NCBI GenBank assembly: GCA_951406725.2
Contig: OX597822.1
Location: 110,670,001 to 110,734,000, forward strand
Length of the DNA: 64,000 nucleotides
Direction: 5' to 3'
Source of the DNA: Octopus vulgaris
Taxonomy: Eukaryota
The translations under genes and the position numbers were made by a program. How positions within the stretch are numbered: the first letter of the stretch is position 1; the number at the start of each line of letters is the position of its first letter. The notes under the pieces were generated by a model. That model saw only the letters and a program-made list of their open reading frames with translations. It did not search any database and was not told where the DNA came from. Of this stretch, positions 25,004 through 38,972 are shown piece by piece.

Positions 25004-25769
25004 TATATATATATATATATATTTATATACACATACATAATATACACATACACACAGATACACACATATGTTTATATTATATTATATATTACAAGCATAC
25101 ACACACACACACATAAATACACTCTCACATAGAAAAACGTCACACATATATAGTGTGGATGGCAATCTGCCGGGGGATTTTTTATGTAATGCGCATTATA
25201 TAACTGACACGACTACATCATTGTTCTCGTTCAAATCTTTGTGGATAGTTTTTAATTCGTCTTTAACATTTTATTGCAACAATCGTAAACATGGAAATAA
25301 ATGTAGTACCAACAACTACGTTCTTCTCGTGTTGCACACAAAAGAGTGAGTGAAAACGAAACAAAGTAATACTCAACACATTTGTTCGGGTTGCATCTTG
25401 TAAGAAACAGTCCCACCCAGCTTCACATGACATTAAATTTTGGGGAACCTTTAAACAGGTTCATCTCATCAGAAGTTCGGGTGCAGATTGGAAGATACCA
25501 AGGATATTTCACATGGCTTCTTGGTGGTTAGGCTTGTATTGGTCGGCTCAAGTCACGTGGTATTAATGCTATTAAAAAGATACCAGCTCTTTAAGAGGCA
25601 CCATAAGCTGATGTCGCTTGATACTATATAACCCGAATAGACAAGTCACGTTGATCTGAACCAAACTCTTATTAGAATTGTGTGTCTGTGTCTGTGTATG
25701 TATGTGTGTGTTTGTGTATGCATGTGAACGTATATATAATATATCATTTATTTATATATATATATTATA

Positions 25770-26362
25770 AACATGGTCACCACACAATATAAAGTTAACA
25801 GCAGAACTCAAAGCAGTCCAACGAAGCTAGACTAAGAAGATCGTCTCAATGCAACATATCAACTACTGGAAAAGATTGAAAGTATTAAAACTCTTCTCCT
25901 TGGAGCGAAGGCTGGAGAGATATGCAGTAATATGCATCTGGAAAACCCTGGAGGGCCTTGTCCTGAATTTTGGCATTGAAAGTTACCCCAACAGTAGAAC
26001 GGGGCGCCACTACATGGTGCCAAAGATCCCATCATCACCATCAAAATACAGAACTACATACTGCAATAGCTTGAGTTTCAGGGGACCACAGCTCTTCAAT
26101 ATCCTTCCTAAATCCCCGAGAGGCCTGCATGGTGTAGATGTGGGTTTCTTTAAAACTAAACTGGATCTCTTCTTGTCAGGAGTTCCAGGGGATCCTACCT
26201 CTCGGCAGGAAACACAGATGCGGGCAGCGGCGTCGAACACCCTTGTTGACCAAGTGTAACGTATCAGAGGTGGTTTCACATACTAGGGTAGCACATTCAA
26301 CGATGATGCCCCAGCATGGCCGCAGCTTTCGGACTGAAACATTTTAAAGGAATTAAGGATTT
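25770..26362 (+). mobile_element. CR1-clade LINE 3' end (ORF2 C-terminus to 26259 plus 3' UTR)
   Basis: YWKRLKVLKLFSLERRLER, SFRGPQLFNILP, FKTKLDLFL; terminal CCCCAGCATGGCCGCAGC..ACTGAAAC plus short repeats. Confidence 0.88.
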
Positions 26363-26646
26363 ATATATGTGTGTATATTAGATACATGTATGCGTAGTAT
26401 TCATGTCTGTGCTTTCGTACACAAGTGTAGGTCGGAGTGCAACAATTGAACTATTTACTGCGTAGTCATAAGTACGTACAGAAATATGAACGTAACTAAT
26501 TGCTAAGTCAGAAACTGGATGGACAGAGATCGAAATTTTTTACTCTATGTTATGGACTTGGATTGATATTCAAACATACAACCTTGAAAAAGTTGCCATA
26601 GACTGACTGCACTGACTGAATTTTGCAACATAAAATATTATATAGA

Positions 26647-27190
26647 TTGGGTTGTTCGTGTCGATTTTTAAAGAAAAAGGTCAATAAATACCTTTTTAAT
26701 CAACCAAATATGAACCATTTTGTTGCACAATGCATCTCCATCTTTCCTTTAACTTGAAAATACCCTCTTCCCAGAATTGAGGAGGCTTCATGGCAAAGAA
26801 TTTATCAAGGTATCTTTTTACATCATCCAAGGAATTGAAGTATTTACCATTAAGACTATTCTGCAGGGACCTGAATAAGTGGAAATCCGAAGGAGCAATA
26901 TCTGGTGAATATGGAGCGTGGGGTAACACATCCCAGCCGAGTTGCAGCAATTTTTGTCTGGTTCCCAAAGCATCAAGTGCCGAAAATGAACTTTCTTATC
27001 TTCCATTTTAAAGGGTTACAGAATCAACATAGGTTATAGGAACATAAACCTTCTTCCGCAAAAAGATAGTTTAAACTGTGCTCTAAATGCAGTTGTAATC
27101 AAATCTTATTTTATGGACTCAACCATGTTCTAAAATAAGTCGAAAGGTAAGCTACTATAAATCAGCGCGAACTTTGCGGACAACCCAATA
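26647..27190 (-). mobile_element. Internally deleted mariner (resembles mellifera subfamily)
   Basis: TIRs TTGGGTTGT at both ends; N-terminus MEDKKVHFRHLML joined directly to C-terminal HAPYSPDIAPSDFHLFRSLQN...ERWRCIVQQNGSY. Confidence 0.9.
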
Positions 27191-28171
27191 AATAAAGTAT
27201 ATACTCCTTTGGGGGAAAGAGCTGGTAAACTCCGAGTAACGTTATATCTAATAGTTTTAATAATTTGGACAATTTGACAATATGTCACTGGTCATTATAC
27301 AATTGTTCAGTACAACTGCTAAATGTTTTATAATAAATTTATTGTAATATTTAAAGTTTTCTCGTCAGGCAACGCCTAAAGATGGAATTTGATTTCTTTT
27401 AAGACCTCTAAACTTCACTATCAAAATCTCTGAATATTGCATTATCTTCTATGGAACGCCTTTCTTTCGTATTTCTCTGCAATTGAATCAAATTTCTAAA
27501 ATCAAGTCAAGCGTTAATGATTTCTTTTAAATATATTTTCAGACGTTTTTTTTTTCTGTCGACTAAACGATGCATGGATGTCAATAATAGTGGCGTGGAA
27601 AACTTGTAAGTATGAGCAATCGTCTCAAAGACACAATGGGAATTGATTTAAAAGGAATATCGAACCAAGAAGTTGCAATTAACACTAAAATAACATTGTG
27701 CACATCAAAGATTAGACTTATTGATTATGTTTACACAGAAACATATTTCAAAACCATTCCGATTATTGTTATGATTTTATATTTGAATTCATGTTCAATG
27801 AATATGAAATGTGTGACTCGAAACCAAATGCATAACATTGAAATCGGTTGAATTATTTTCATAGCCTCATTAAGGTACACCGATTCCGTTTAGTCATTTG
27901 CTTTTGTAGAATTGATTAAACAGGGTCACAGTATAACAAGTCCAAAGTGTATCTTTTGTTTAAGACAAGATAATGGAATACCATTTCAAAGCATATATAA
28001 CAGCAATTGAAAACGGCGGGTGATATTAAGGACAACATTTTTCGAAATATATTTACCAGGGGATCTGTCGTATTCATGTGCCTTTCTCGTTGCTAATAGC
28101 AGACAAGAACTCCTCGCACTTCAAGTCAGTAAAATTATCAATTCATTTGTAAGATACATTGGTATTATAAT

Positions 28172-28396
28172 TCTTTCTAACATAGGTACAATATTTTGTA
28201 GGAAGGGCTACACCGAATATTACTTGGTTGTATCACTCACGGAAACTCAGTTCTTGACTGGTACTTATTTCATCGATCCCGTAATGATGAAAGGCAAATT
28301 GAACCTCGACGTAATTTAAATTCAGAACGTAAAGGCGGACAAAGTGCCACTAATCACTCTTCCAGTGTGCTAACGTTTCTTCCAGCTCGCCACCTT
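28172..28396 (-). mobile_element. Diverged SINE family A
   Basis: ACTGGTACTTATTTCATCGA..GATGAAAGGCAAA..CAGCTCGCCACC. Confidence 0.8.
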
Positions 28397-29788
28397 CACC
28401 ATATTCGTATAATATTTGCAATGTCTTGAGTCACTTTAATTTTTATCTGCAATAGCTACTCAAGAGTTTACTATCAGTCACTGGTAAATAAGTTACCGCA
28501 AAACCTATGACATGGACACGAATTTCTTTATACAAAATATATGATTTTTGTTCCATATTAGTATATCGATCTTAACATTTGGTACGCTTATATTCCTTCT
28601 TGCTACAGAATGATTCTCTAGTAATCCGCGATTAATTTTTAAAAAATACTTTTCGTAATAACTCAAATGAATACAGATGTAACCCCATAGGCCTGACTGT
28701 CTCCCACACAGAGAAGGGTATTTAATCCATGCCACCGTTTTTGATCGTGAAATAGATTTAGGCGTGTAAAAAATGTTGTTTCATTAAAGGCTATTTTGAT
28801 GCATCAGCAATTTCGATGGTGATTCTATGTTGCTGGGTAAGTGCATAAACCAATTATCATCAACTACCAGCCGAAGCTTGTAACTTAATTTACTTCATTC
28901 TTTAGTAAACTGTTGTTTATAACACTAAAAAGTATGTTATACGTGACCAAATATTACTTGGTTGTATCACTCACGGTAACATAAGCGCCAAAATAGGACC
29001 CTGTGAGATTTGAACACAGCAAAAGTGAGTAATTACGCTGAAATTCACTTAAATATTCAATTTATTTTTCTATACAAATTTCCTAATGTAATTTATTTTT
29101 CATAAAAATATGTGTTTGAAATTTTAGTACGGTTTGTATTACTCATTATTGTTTACGAGAATGTAGAACTATATCAGAAAATTAATCAGGAGAATCCATA
29201 AGTTACTGATGTGTGTTATAGTTGACAATGAAAAACACACCCACAACAGACGTTTTGACAAAGTGCTAGGACACCTAGCTTAATCGCTCGTCTAAAACGA
29301 TTAATGGTATTTACTGTCAAGAGAGTGAAACTAAACAAGACAGATATGTCTTCAGTGTGTTGTGTAGAGGAGATATCTAACGTTTTAGTGAAATAACCTC
29401 AGTTTTACGAGACAGATATTTCAATTCCTTGACTGAAGCGTTAGATATTTACTCCCCTTAAGTAAAAGTAACAAGTCGCGTATTTTGTTTGCACTGAGAG
29501 ACATTACTTTCTTGTAACTTTGAGAATTTTTTGTCTTTAACAAAATTAACACTTGAAATAAAGAACTCTAAAGAGGCAGGCTATTTCAGTGTTTTGATAA
29601 TGGAATGTTATATTTTGTTCAATTTCGGTTTAGGAACTGGATAATCCATGGTGGAATCAATGTACGGTATTTCTTGAGAGGGAAAGATATTTGAAAGGTA
29701 CTGAAATCGTTGTGATCAGTAGTCGATCATAGCAGAAGATAATGTTACGCGGTATGTAAAATAAAATTGTAATGTTTCATATTTGTAA

Positions 29789-30075
29789 GGCGGCGAGCTG
29801 GCAGGATCGTTAACACGCTGGGAAAAATGCTTAGCGGCATTTCAACCGTTATTACGTTCTGAGTTTAAATTCCTCCGAGCTCCACTTTGCCTTTCCTTCT
29901 TTCGTGGTCGATAGAATAAGTACCATTTGTGCACTGTGGTAGAAGTAATCGACATAACCCCTCCCTCGAAATTCCAGGCCTTGCGCCTATAGAAGAAAGG
30001 AATATTTCACATTTCTAAGGCGGCGAACTGGTACAATCGTTAGCACGCCGGGTAAGATGCTTAGCGCCATTTCAT
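29789..30075 (+). mobile_element. SINE family A (29789-30003) followed by a second head (30019-30075)
   Basis: GGCGGCGAGCTGGCAG / GGCGGCGAACTGG heads. Confidence 0.85.
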
Positions 30076-30989
30076 CATTCTAAAAAATGAAAAACAATTG
30101 TATAATTGCAGTTTAGGAAAAGGAAACATTCATTTGACGTTTACATATGTTATTTCTTTTCAATACTTATTTTTCTATCATGCACTTTATGTCTTCAAAG
30201 AAATATATCAGATTATCTTTGAGTTCAGAATGTTATTCTTAATCTTTCAACGCATTGTTCTGAACTGCATGATTACCAAAATTATAAGAATAAAACAGAA
30301 ATTGTAAAATTATAAAACTGATGACATAATGTGTATAAAATTAATAATTCCGCGAAATTATTATAGCTAATATTATTTACTAATTGAATCATTTCTATGA
30401 TTTTAATTCACGAGTTATCCTTTCAACTTTCTATTATCACCTACGCAACAGTAAACAGCAGAAGCAGCAGTTATAAATCTGATGACATCACACTGTCGTG
30501 CGCACGCACACAGACTCACTCACACACGCATACACACATGCAGACACACACACACGCATACGCAGATGCACACACACACACACACTCACACAAATACACA
30601 GACACACAATTTTCCTAACGGCAGCTCCAAATATTCCGTGACAAAGCTGTCTTTTTAACTCTCTAAAACAGTTTGACTCAGTTTCACATGACGTCCATCT
30701 CATCAGTTGCTTGGTAACAGGGTGGGACTTTTGAGAGTAATTAAAGGTGTATCTTAGGTGTTTAAGCGTCAATTGGTCAGATTAGAACTCATGGTATGCA
30801 ACGCAACAGCCATTACAAGAAAATGACCAGTAAGCATCATGAAATGATTTTGTCGTTATTTCAATAAAGGTCAGCTTTCTGTACAGACTCATTTCATCTC
30901 CTACAACTAGTTACTAACTTTCATATTTCCTTAGCTCCACTCCCTTTAGCTCAGTTTTGATTTTCAATATATATCTTCTATAAAATAAT

Positions 30990-31241
30990 AAATAAATGCA
31001 CCCTTTTAAAGCCTAGCCAGGCTCATGGACCCGGTTTCCCGTTTTCTATGGCGTATGTGTTCCCCAACCGGACGGTACGCCAGTCCATCGCAGCGTTACT
31101 CATTTTGCCAGCTGAGTGGACTGGAGCAACGTTAAATGAAGTGCTTTGCTCAAGAACACAACGCGTCACCCGGTCCAGGAATCGAAACCACAATCTTACG
31201 ATCATGATGCTGACACCCTAACAACTAAACCACGCGCCTCC
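30990..31241 (-). mobile_element. tRNA-derived SINE with V-domain-like segment; a decayed relative lies at about 41975-42140 (+)
   Basis: GGAGGCGCGTGG..GGTTTCGATTCC head; CTGCGATGGACTGGCG..CCGTCC segment; (TTTA)n tail. Confidence 0.8.
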
Positions 31242-31994
31242 ATATAATTTCTAGCGTTTTATAATTTTATACACCCAGTTATGTATGACTATGAAGAATT
31301 TTTTTAGTCGAAGCTATTTAATTCCAGGTTCAACTTGATAAAGTAAGCAAATAATTAAAAGCATTCCAGCCATGACCATCATATCTTTTTTAGATATATA
31401 TGGGATTGCATTATCTAATGTGTTCTTCCTATGTTCTAGATAATAGTCTATCGTTTTAGGGAAACGTAGCTGTTATTATCGCATGTCGAACGGCCATTAG
31501 CTCGTTGCAAATTTGAGTAAAATCTGGCTATATTTAAAGCTATCGCAATTTCTAGATTTTTCATTCCAGTACGTTTTGTTCAATACATAGCTTTTGTTGT
31601 TGATTGAACTCAGGGCCACTTCTCGAGTTTCTCCAAGATCCTACTTCTCTGACTTTATATGTAACCGGAATGTCCTTCCCATGATACCCGGTTCAATATA
31701 GGTCAGGGAAATCAAGATTGATTTAATTAATTATGTCTAGTCCCATACAATCATTTCCCCAAGCTGACTAATGACTAATCGCTATTTCTTGCTTAGATGG
31801 AGAACGCAACGTAAAGATGAGTGGGCCTAGACTAAACAAATAGAAAATTGTTATAAAACATGGCCGTCGGCGACTGCTATAGATATCAATCACAATATTT
31901 TAAAGATTAGTTTTTTATCGAATAAAAACTACGGAAGTACTTTTAGATATCTCAAGTAGCACTTGGCTGGGATTTGGCACGTGTTTTTATCTTA

Positions 31995-32379
31995 TCTCTC
32001 TCTATATAAACGGCAGTTTGTCTGTGCGTGTTTCTGTGTGTCTGTTTGCTTGTACCCTCACTCTGACCACGGCTTTCAACCGATTCTGATGAAACTTGAC
32101 ACACACATAGCCCAATGTCATAATTCAAAACTAACGCAGCGAAAATTTTGAAAAGTTCCCCCAGTTCTGAAAAAAATCGATAAATTCGACATGGGGTCGA
32201 GAATTAGAAACCCAAACCACAGACCGTCTAGGGGACGCAACTCTACCTTTTTTAACTCTCAAAAAAAATTTACCATCATTTGTTTTCCATTTTTTTGCTA
32301 TTTTTTGGCTATAACTCTCTAAAAATGCTTTATAGTTATTTCCCTTACAAACCTGAGCAACGCCGGGCGATACTGCTAG
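31995..32379 (+). mobile_element. Non-autonomous Helitron
   Basis: A|TC start, CTAG|T end, subterminal GC-rich imperfect hairpin CCTGAGCAACGCCGGG, no TSD. Confidence 0.8.
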
Positions 32380-32999
32380 TTCTATATAAAGCGTGCAATT
32401 ATTTCTCTTCACATCTTTTTTTCCTTTACTTTAGAATTAATTTTAGTTTTATTTAGTAATATTATTTATTTTTCTTCTCTTGATTTTATATATTCGGATT
32501 TTTCGTTCTATTTCCCTACCTATTTTTTCTCAACGTATTGATATTTTCTTGTGGACCACCCTTCGTTTAACAGAAGCAATATTAACCTGCATATTTATTT
32601 TAAGAATCCTGTCACATGGTTATACTTTATGTTATTATAATATTATTTATGCGGTCATATCTTATTGTATAGTTTAACAATATTACTGAATATAGACCTG
32701 CTTACTTGAGATATGCACTTTGTTATATATTTTCTATTGTTTTGAAAGTTTCCAATTCATGAGAGCAATGCTATTTTCTGCAGTGCCTATTTGTAAATGC
32801 ACAATATTTTGGTTATACTTAAAAGTATCTATCATTATAGGGTTATGTTTCTGTTCTCAGTCCCCACATTCTGGTTATCTCCAGGTTCATGATTATCTTC
32901 TTTCTTTCTAACATTTTCTATTTCGAACGTCATAAAATTTCAGCTAGTAGCTCCGTCTTTTCTGTAGCAAAGTTTCTTGCCCTTTATTATTAATTGCAG

Positions 33000-34500
33000 A
33001 GTACATCTTGAGACCATCCGCACACGAAAGTTTCTTGAATGTTCCTCTCATAGTGTTTGTATGTGAGTCCAATATTTTAATATAATGATTATGAGTATTA
33101 GCGCTGGACAGAGAAACAGCGGAGAGAATATCTTTTCTTTTTTTTAACGGAGGTGACTGCAGTTATTAAAATTCCGTCTTCTTGTATCTAAACATTTGTT
33201 TCTCATTTCCCAGTAGTTTAAATGTATTAGCTTATTATCGGTGCTACCTTTCAAACGCATAACGTTTCTAGAATCGATATGCGGTGCAAACTGTCAAAGC
33301 CTTTCCAAATGTCGTACCATTCTATGTTCCAACTCTTCTTCCTTCTAACAATCTCCGGTTATTGCATTGTTGATTAGACACCCATATGAATTCTTGCAGT
33401 GTCAATTCCGCGCTTCTAAAACTAAATTGTTTCTTCTAGTTGTTTATTTATCATCAGCAATAATATTGTTTCAGGAGTAAGGTATAAACTTATCAGCCTT
33501 ACTATAATAATGTTGCGTAAGGCTAATAAGTAAGACTGATATTACTGAAATAATATTGCAGTAAGGTTTTACAAACGGTAGGAAGGAAGGTCATGTGTCT
33601 GTGGATTTCAATATATGCACTTTCTCTAATCAAAGTATTAAGTGTTTTCCTCTCGTTGATGCAGACAGTTCTCCTTTAATGTTCTTTTAGTGATTATGAA
33701 ATGTTTGATATTAATTTACAGCTATTTATTTTAACTCGGTGTTTTGAATTTTATTGTTTTGCGGTGCTTTCCAACTTTTCGGTTTTTAATGCTGTGTTAG
33801 TCTTCCATATTCTAATGACATGGTCTCCATGAGTGTTCAAATTGTTGTTTACAACAAAATGGTTCGTGGCGACACCTTCTCTGTTGTTAATTCTACTATT
33901 TTTCTAGAGATTTGTTGTGCAACGATTTCTATTTTGTTTTTAGCATTTTCTAGATAAAATTCTGTTTGATTTGACAAACAGTTCGATTTATGTAAAGAAT
34001 CGTTGCCGCTTCTCATACGAAAGTATTCTTTGTAATTTAGTGTGAATATCTTCTTCCAGGCGGCCTTTGATATCGACTACATGTTTTTGTGGAACGTTTC
34101 TCATGTTTTGACTTGTCTTTTTATTTCAGTTGCACATTTTCATTATCGATTTCATTAAGAAATTACCGATTCCTTTTTCCGTATGTCTGTTTATCATGCA
34201 TATGACTTGGCTTTTGCCATTCTTATATGAGTAAACCTAAGGCTTAATGAACTTCTTTTTGTAACTACTTTGGCAATCGTATTTACTATTTCTTCATTCT
34301 GATTCTTTGATGTTCGCGCTTCTTACATTCAGTACACGGTGGTCAACATTGCGTTTTATCACTGTCGTTGCTATACTGTCGTCAAGTGTTCTTGTTGAGA
34401 ACCTACTTCAATGGTCGTTAAAAATATCTTATATAATTTAAAATTTTTTCAATATTCACTCTTCACATTATTGTTCTATTCAGAATTTTCGTGTATTCAA
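33000..34500 (-). mobile_element. Highly decayed LINE ORF2 remnant (possibly RTE)
   Basis: Purine-rich minus strand with an IIADD (YADD-like) trace near 33450; boundaries approximate. Confidence 0.3.
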
Positions 34501-37354
34501 GTTCCTCTTCTGAAAGCTTTTTCTACGTTCCGTACGTGATATAAGGCTTCATTTTGTTTTGAGTGTTATGTATTTTGCAAATATTCCTACTCAGTAGTGT
34601 CTCTATATTCATGGCTTGCGTTGTCATTGATTTTAGTTATAATGTAACAGATATTGTTTTTATTCTGCTTACGCTATTTATGTTATTTTAGATATTTTTT
34701 TCATTGCTTTGTATTAGTGTGTCGTTGAGAATGTTGCTTCTTAATTTTGTAACACTGGTTTACTTTAAGTTGTTTCTTTCCTCTAAATATAACATAAACT
34801 TGGTAAAAGCGTTGTTTATAAGGTTGTGTGTAGCCCAAAAACTGTGCACGAACTATAAACAATATATTCCTCTGGTGTCCATTCATAATTTTATGTTATA
34901 TTGATATTCTCAGCATTTTCATCAGGTATTGATGTATTTGTGCAAATTTGGAGTGGACCTAATTATATTCCCCCCCCACTTGTATTTTGTGATATTTGTT
35001 TTGATAGGGGGCACGGAATCTTTCCCTTTATAATTAAAATTTCTCTAATAAATTAATGAATTGTGTTCACAGATAAACAGTAATGATTCTTGATCATATT
35101 GCTATTTGTGTTTTCGTTGATATTAATAGACGTTTCTCGAAGAATTTGGATAGTGTTTTGATGTGCTGAAAATGTTGCCCTCCTTAAAAGCCCCTATCAT
35201 GATATTGCACACGTGATGATAATTGATCGCACATGCGCGACATGGAAGACGTAATACAGATTTTTTGTAAGAAAATAAGAATTCGAACAATTTACAGAAA
35301 CTTATCCTGCATCGCACTGAATATTCTCTCCCATTTTTTGTCTCTTTGTTTCTTCCTTTCATTTTTCTTTCTTTCTTTCTTTTTCTCTTTCTCACTATCT
35401 CTCTCACCATTCTCTCAACGATTTTCCTATTACTGAGTTTCACTAACGCTGCTAAAGTTGAGGCATGGTAATTGGTGCATGACAATTGATTATATAGTAT
35501 CTCGCCTGTAAGGTCCCGTTACATGAAATGTCGAAACGATCGTAGTGGTTCTAAATAGAGAGACTCGGGAATTATATTTTCTACAGCTCAAATCTTTTAT
35601 ATAAACTCGACGGACAAAAAGGAATTATTGGAGTGAATTCTATGCTTCCATACTGTTGTTGGCATTAGATAGCCGAATACTGTGTATAGGCTTTAAAAAG
35701 CACACTACAAGTTGTATACCTGAATATAGAATTATTACACACACGCGCACATACATATATACATACATACATATTGTATGTATGTGTGTGTGCATACAAT
35801 CTTACAAACACGCATAAAAATACACACATATATTTGTATACACTAAGAAAGAGATGGAGAGGAAAACTGAAAGAGAAGAATCGAATTCGAAGCTATGTAT
35901 GTGCTAAGCGAATATCTTAACTACTGATCATTTGATGCCCAACACCCTTCACATCTATACATCTCTACGGTTTTAACCCGCTCAAGATTTTTACTTAACA
36001 CGAAATCCAGTTCTTCTCATTCGGCACTACAGCTCTTTACAAATGCGGCATTACTGATTGATTTTCATTAAATATTAACACTTTTTTTCTATTCATTGCT
36101 AAGTACTAGTCTTACACTGGATCAATTATTCGATTATATTTCTCCCTTACGAATATATATATAAGAAGACCTTGTTATTTCTGTTCTTATAAAACGAGAT
36201 CAATGATATAAGAAATAAGTTGTGTGCACCACTTCTCTCTCTCTACACACACACTTAAACATCCATGGACTTCACACATGTGACTTAACTTGAGATTTAA
36301 TAATAGCTATTATATTTTATGCATTTGCATTTGTCGTAAAGTATGTGATAAGAGATAGACCCCCCACCTCCGCCATTGGAGAACGGTTACCAATGGAATA
36401 TTCAATTTATAATAAAAGTTGTCATAACTCTATTTGATTTACGTCTCTGATTTCATTGGAAAAGATCAGAACCTGACAACATTTTTATTTCTTTTTGCAT
36501 AAAATCGTAATAAAAGACGAGCGTTTGTGATTATGAGAGCGTGGTATGGTCATATATATCAAATGTTGTAGAATCGGTCGAATGATCGTGGTAAAACGCA
36601 GTTTCTTAGTCTCTGGCATAACCGTTGATTTCATAGAAGATAAAAAATTTACTAATCAATGGATGACGTATGGTTCTTCCACTATCGAGATTAAAAAGAA
36701 AATTCAGATAGCAGGTGCTATACAACTCCTTTCCGAAAGCCACGAACATTGTTAGTAATACGTATAATCAAATCTATAAACAAAAGGGATGAAGGCGCTC
36801 GTCGAACATTGCAATTGCTTCAGAGGCCCTTCTGATGTATCTTACATAAATTACGTATGTCTGGTAACCGTCCACCTGTGTTTTCCACTCAGGTACATAC
36901 GACTTGTTAGTTGGAAATTGTCTGTTGCAGAGGAAAATGCAAAAACTGGTCTAGCAGAAACAATCAAAATAATGGGTGTGGAGATTGCAGTCGGGAAAGA
37001 ACCACTGGTGTGCCCCACTCAAAAATTAGCCAAGCGAGACAGATAGGAGCATGGTTTGATTTCCTTATAAGCAGGTTTAAAATTATGTAGTGGCAATAGT
37101 AGATTATGATTTCACTAATGAAGTTGTGGCTCCAAAGATGAGAAGCCACCATTTGAATTTAGAGCATTTTGTCCGGCGTCATAGAATTTCTACCAACTCG
37201 TCCCTCTTCTATGATGATGATGATGATGATGATAATAACAATAATAACTGACCTGGCGCACTACCAGGCATTGCCCTGATGTAATACAAGTCATTGTCTT
37301 GATGCAATATCAGACATTGCCCTAATATAATACCAAACTTTACACTTATATAAT

Positions 37355-37875
37355 ACCAGGCAATGACTACCATGGCTTCTAGCCTTAACTGACTGGAAGT
37401 ATTATCATGAATATATCTTATCTTGGTGTAAAAGATTGGTTTCACGAAATATTCTGCTCCATGCCACACATTTGCTTATCAGTTGCTTGACATTAACCAG
37501 TTCAGCATGTTCCTTAGTGGCTGACGATATGCACATCTTTGATCGTGAACACGAGTAGGGGGAAGCACCATAGTCATGTGTTGAGAGGGATTCTTTGGAC
37601 TTCGTTTATCCTCTTTTACAACCCTTATTCAGAGACCTCTTGAACGGGATGGGCAACTTGGCACGAATAAGATCCTATCCAGGCCCAACCTGCGAGATCA
37701 TGTGCTAATTTTTATGAGGTCGCCATATCGCACACATATGGTTATGCTGCAGGTGCCTGGCATATACTTATCAGAGAGCTACTCATAATGGGTATATTGA
37801 GTTTTGTATGTTTGCATATTTGTACCTCAGAGTCGTTTTGATAGCGTGCGCTGGACTCTCACGCAGTAACAATAA
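37355..37875 (+). mobile_element. Dispersed non-coding repeat (family D), probable non-LTR 3' UTR ending in (AAT)n
   Basis: Collinear with 57473-58020. Confidence 0.75.
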
Positions 37876-38164
37876 TAATCCTTTCTAATATAGGCACAAG
37901 GCCTGAAATTCCGGGAGAAAGGGTAATTCGATTACATCGACCCCCAATGCTGAACTGGGTCTTATTTCATCGACCCCGAAAGAAGGAAAGATTATGTTTT
38001 CTTTAGTCGCCACTAAAAGTTCACAAAAAGCAATAGGTGCGGTAGCGGATAATAAAATGTGAGAGTACATGAAAAGAGGACAATACAATGTAGGCTTACA
38101 TGATAAGAGTGTAAAACAAAAACAATATAAAATTAAAACAATGAATAATACCCCAAAATTGGTT

Positions 38165-38529
38165 GGTTGTCATAATAAAACTCAGAGTTTCGGATGCCCG
38201 GGCTGAAGTGTGCTTTGGCATCTCATCAATTAAGACAAACAAAAACGCTATGAAAGACAAAACGTTGAATAAAGGGAAATTACTTCAACATGGGGATAGT
38301 AAAACTTCGTTCACAAAATCTGCATATACACACATTTACACGTATACATACACTATGCACACACACACACACATGTGTGTATATATATATATATACATAC
38401 TCACACACGCGTGTACATACCAACAAACACACAATACATATGTATGTACAGATATACAAACTCACACACACACATATATATATGTCTATACATATACATA
38501 CTATATATCTGTCTATGTATGTATGTATG

Positions 38530-38581
<52 letters not shown>

Positions 38582-38877
38582 CACGTGTGAGTGTTTGCGT
38601 ACGAGTATGCATATATGTAAATGTGTGCATATGCAGATTCTATGAAGGAAGTTTTACTTTCCCCACTCCTGTTGGAGTAAGTTCTCTTTATTCAACGGTT
38701 TCATAGCATTTTTGTTTGTATTAATAACTGATGAGATGCCGGAGAAGGCTTCAGCCCCGGCATCCGAAACTGAGTTTTATTTTACAACCGACTTATCGTC
38801 ATATATACTTATAGATAAATTCCTCTATCTACATAATATCGAGGTCTCATTCACTTTTTCTCGTCCTATTATTACGA

Positions 38878-38880
<3 letters not shown>
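38165..38880. mobile_element. Old tail-out inverted pair of a hammerhead-bearing repeat around a central microsatellite
   Basis: 38165-38330 is a diverged reverse complement of 38626-38790; right end abuts (TA)n. Confidence 0.7.
38724..38780 (+). ncRNA. Type I hammerhead ribozyme; decayed inverted copy at 38174-38232 (-) with TTGATGA
   Basis: ataa CTGATGA gatgccgg agaa ggct tc agcc ccggcatc c GAAA ctga GTT ttat. Confidence 0.75.
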
Positions 38881-38954
<74 letters not shown>

Positions 38955-38972
38955 AGATATATATATATATAT

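Noticed and set aside
30675-30708. Hammerhead-like CTGATGA..GAAACTGAGTC on minus
   Set aside because: No stem I and a poor stem II; the plus strand reads KQFDSVSH like an RT motif, so probably coincidental.
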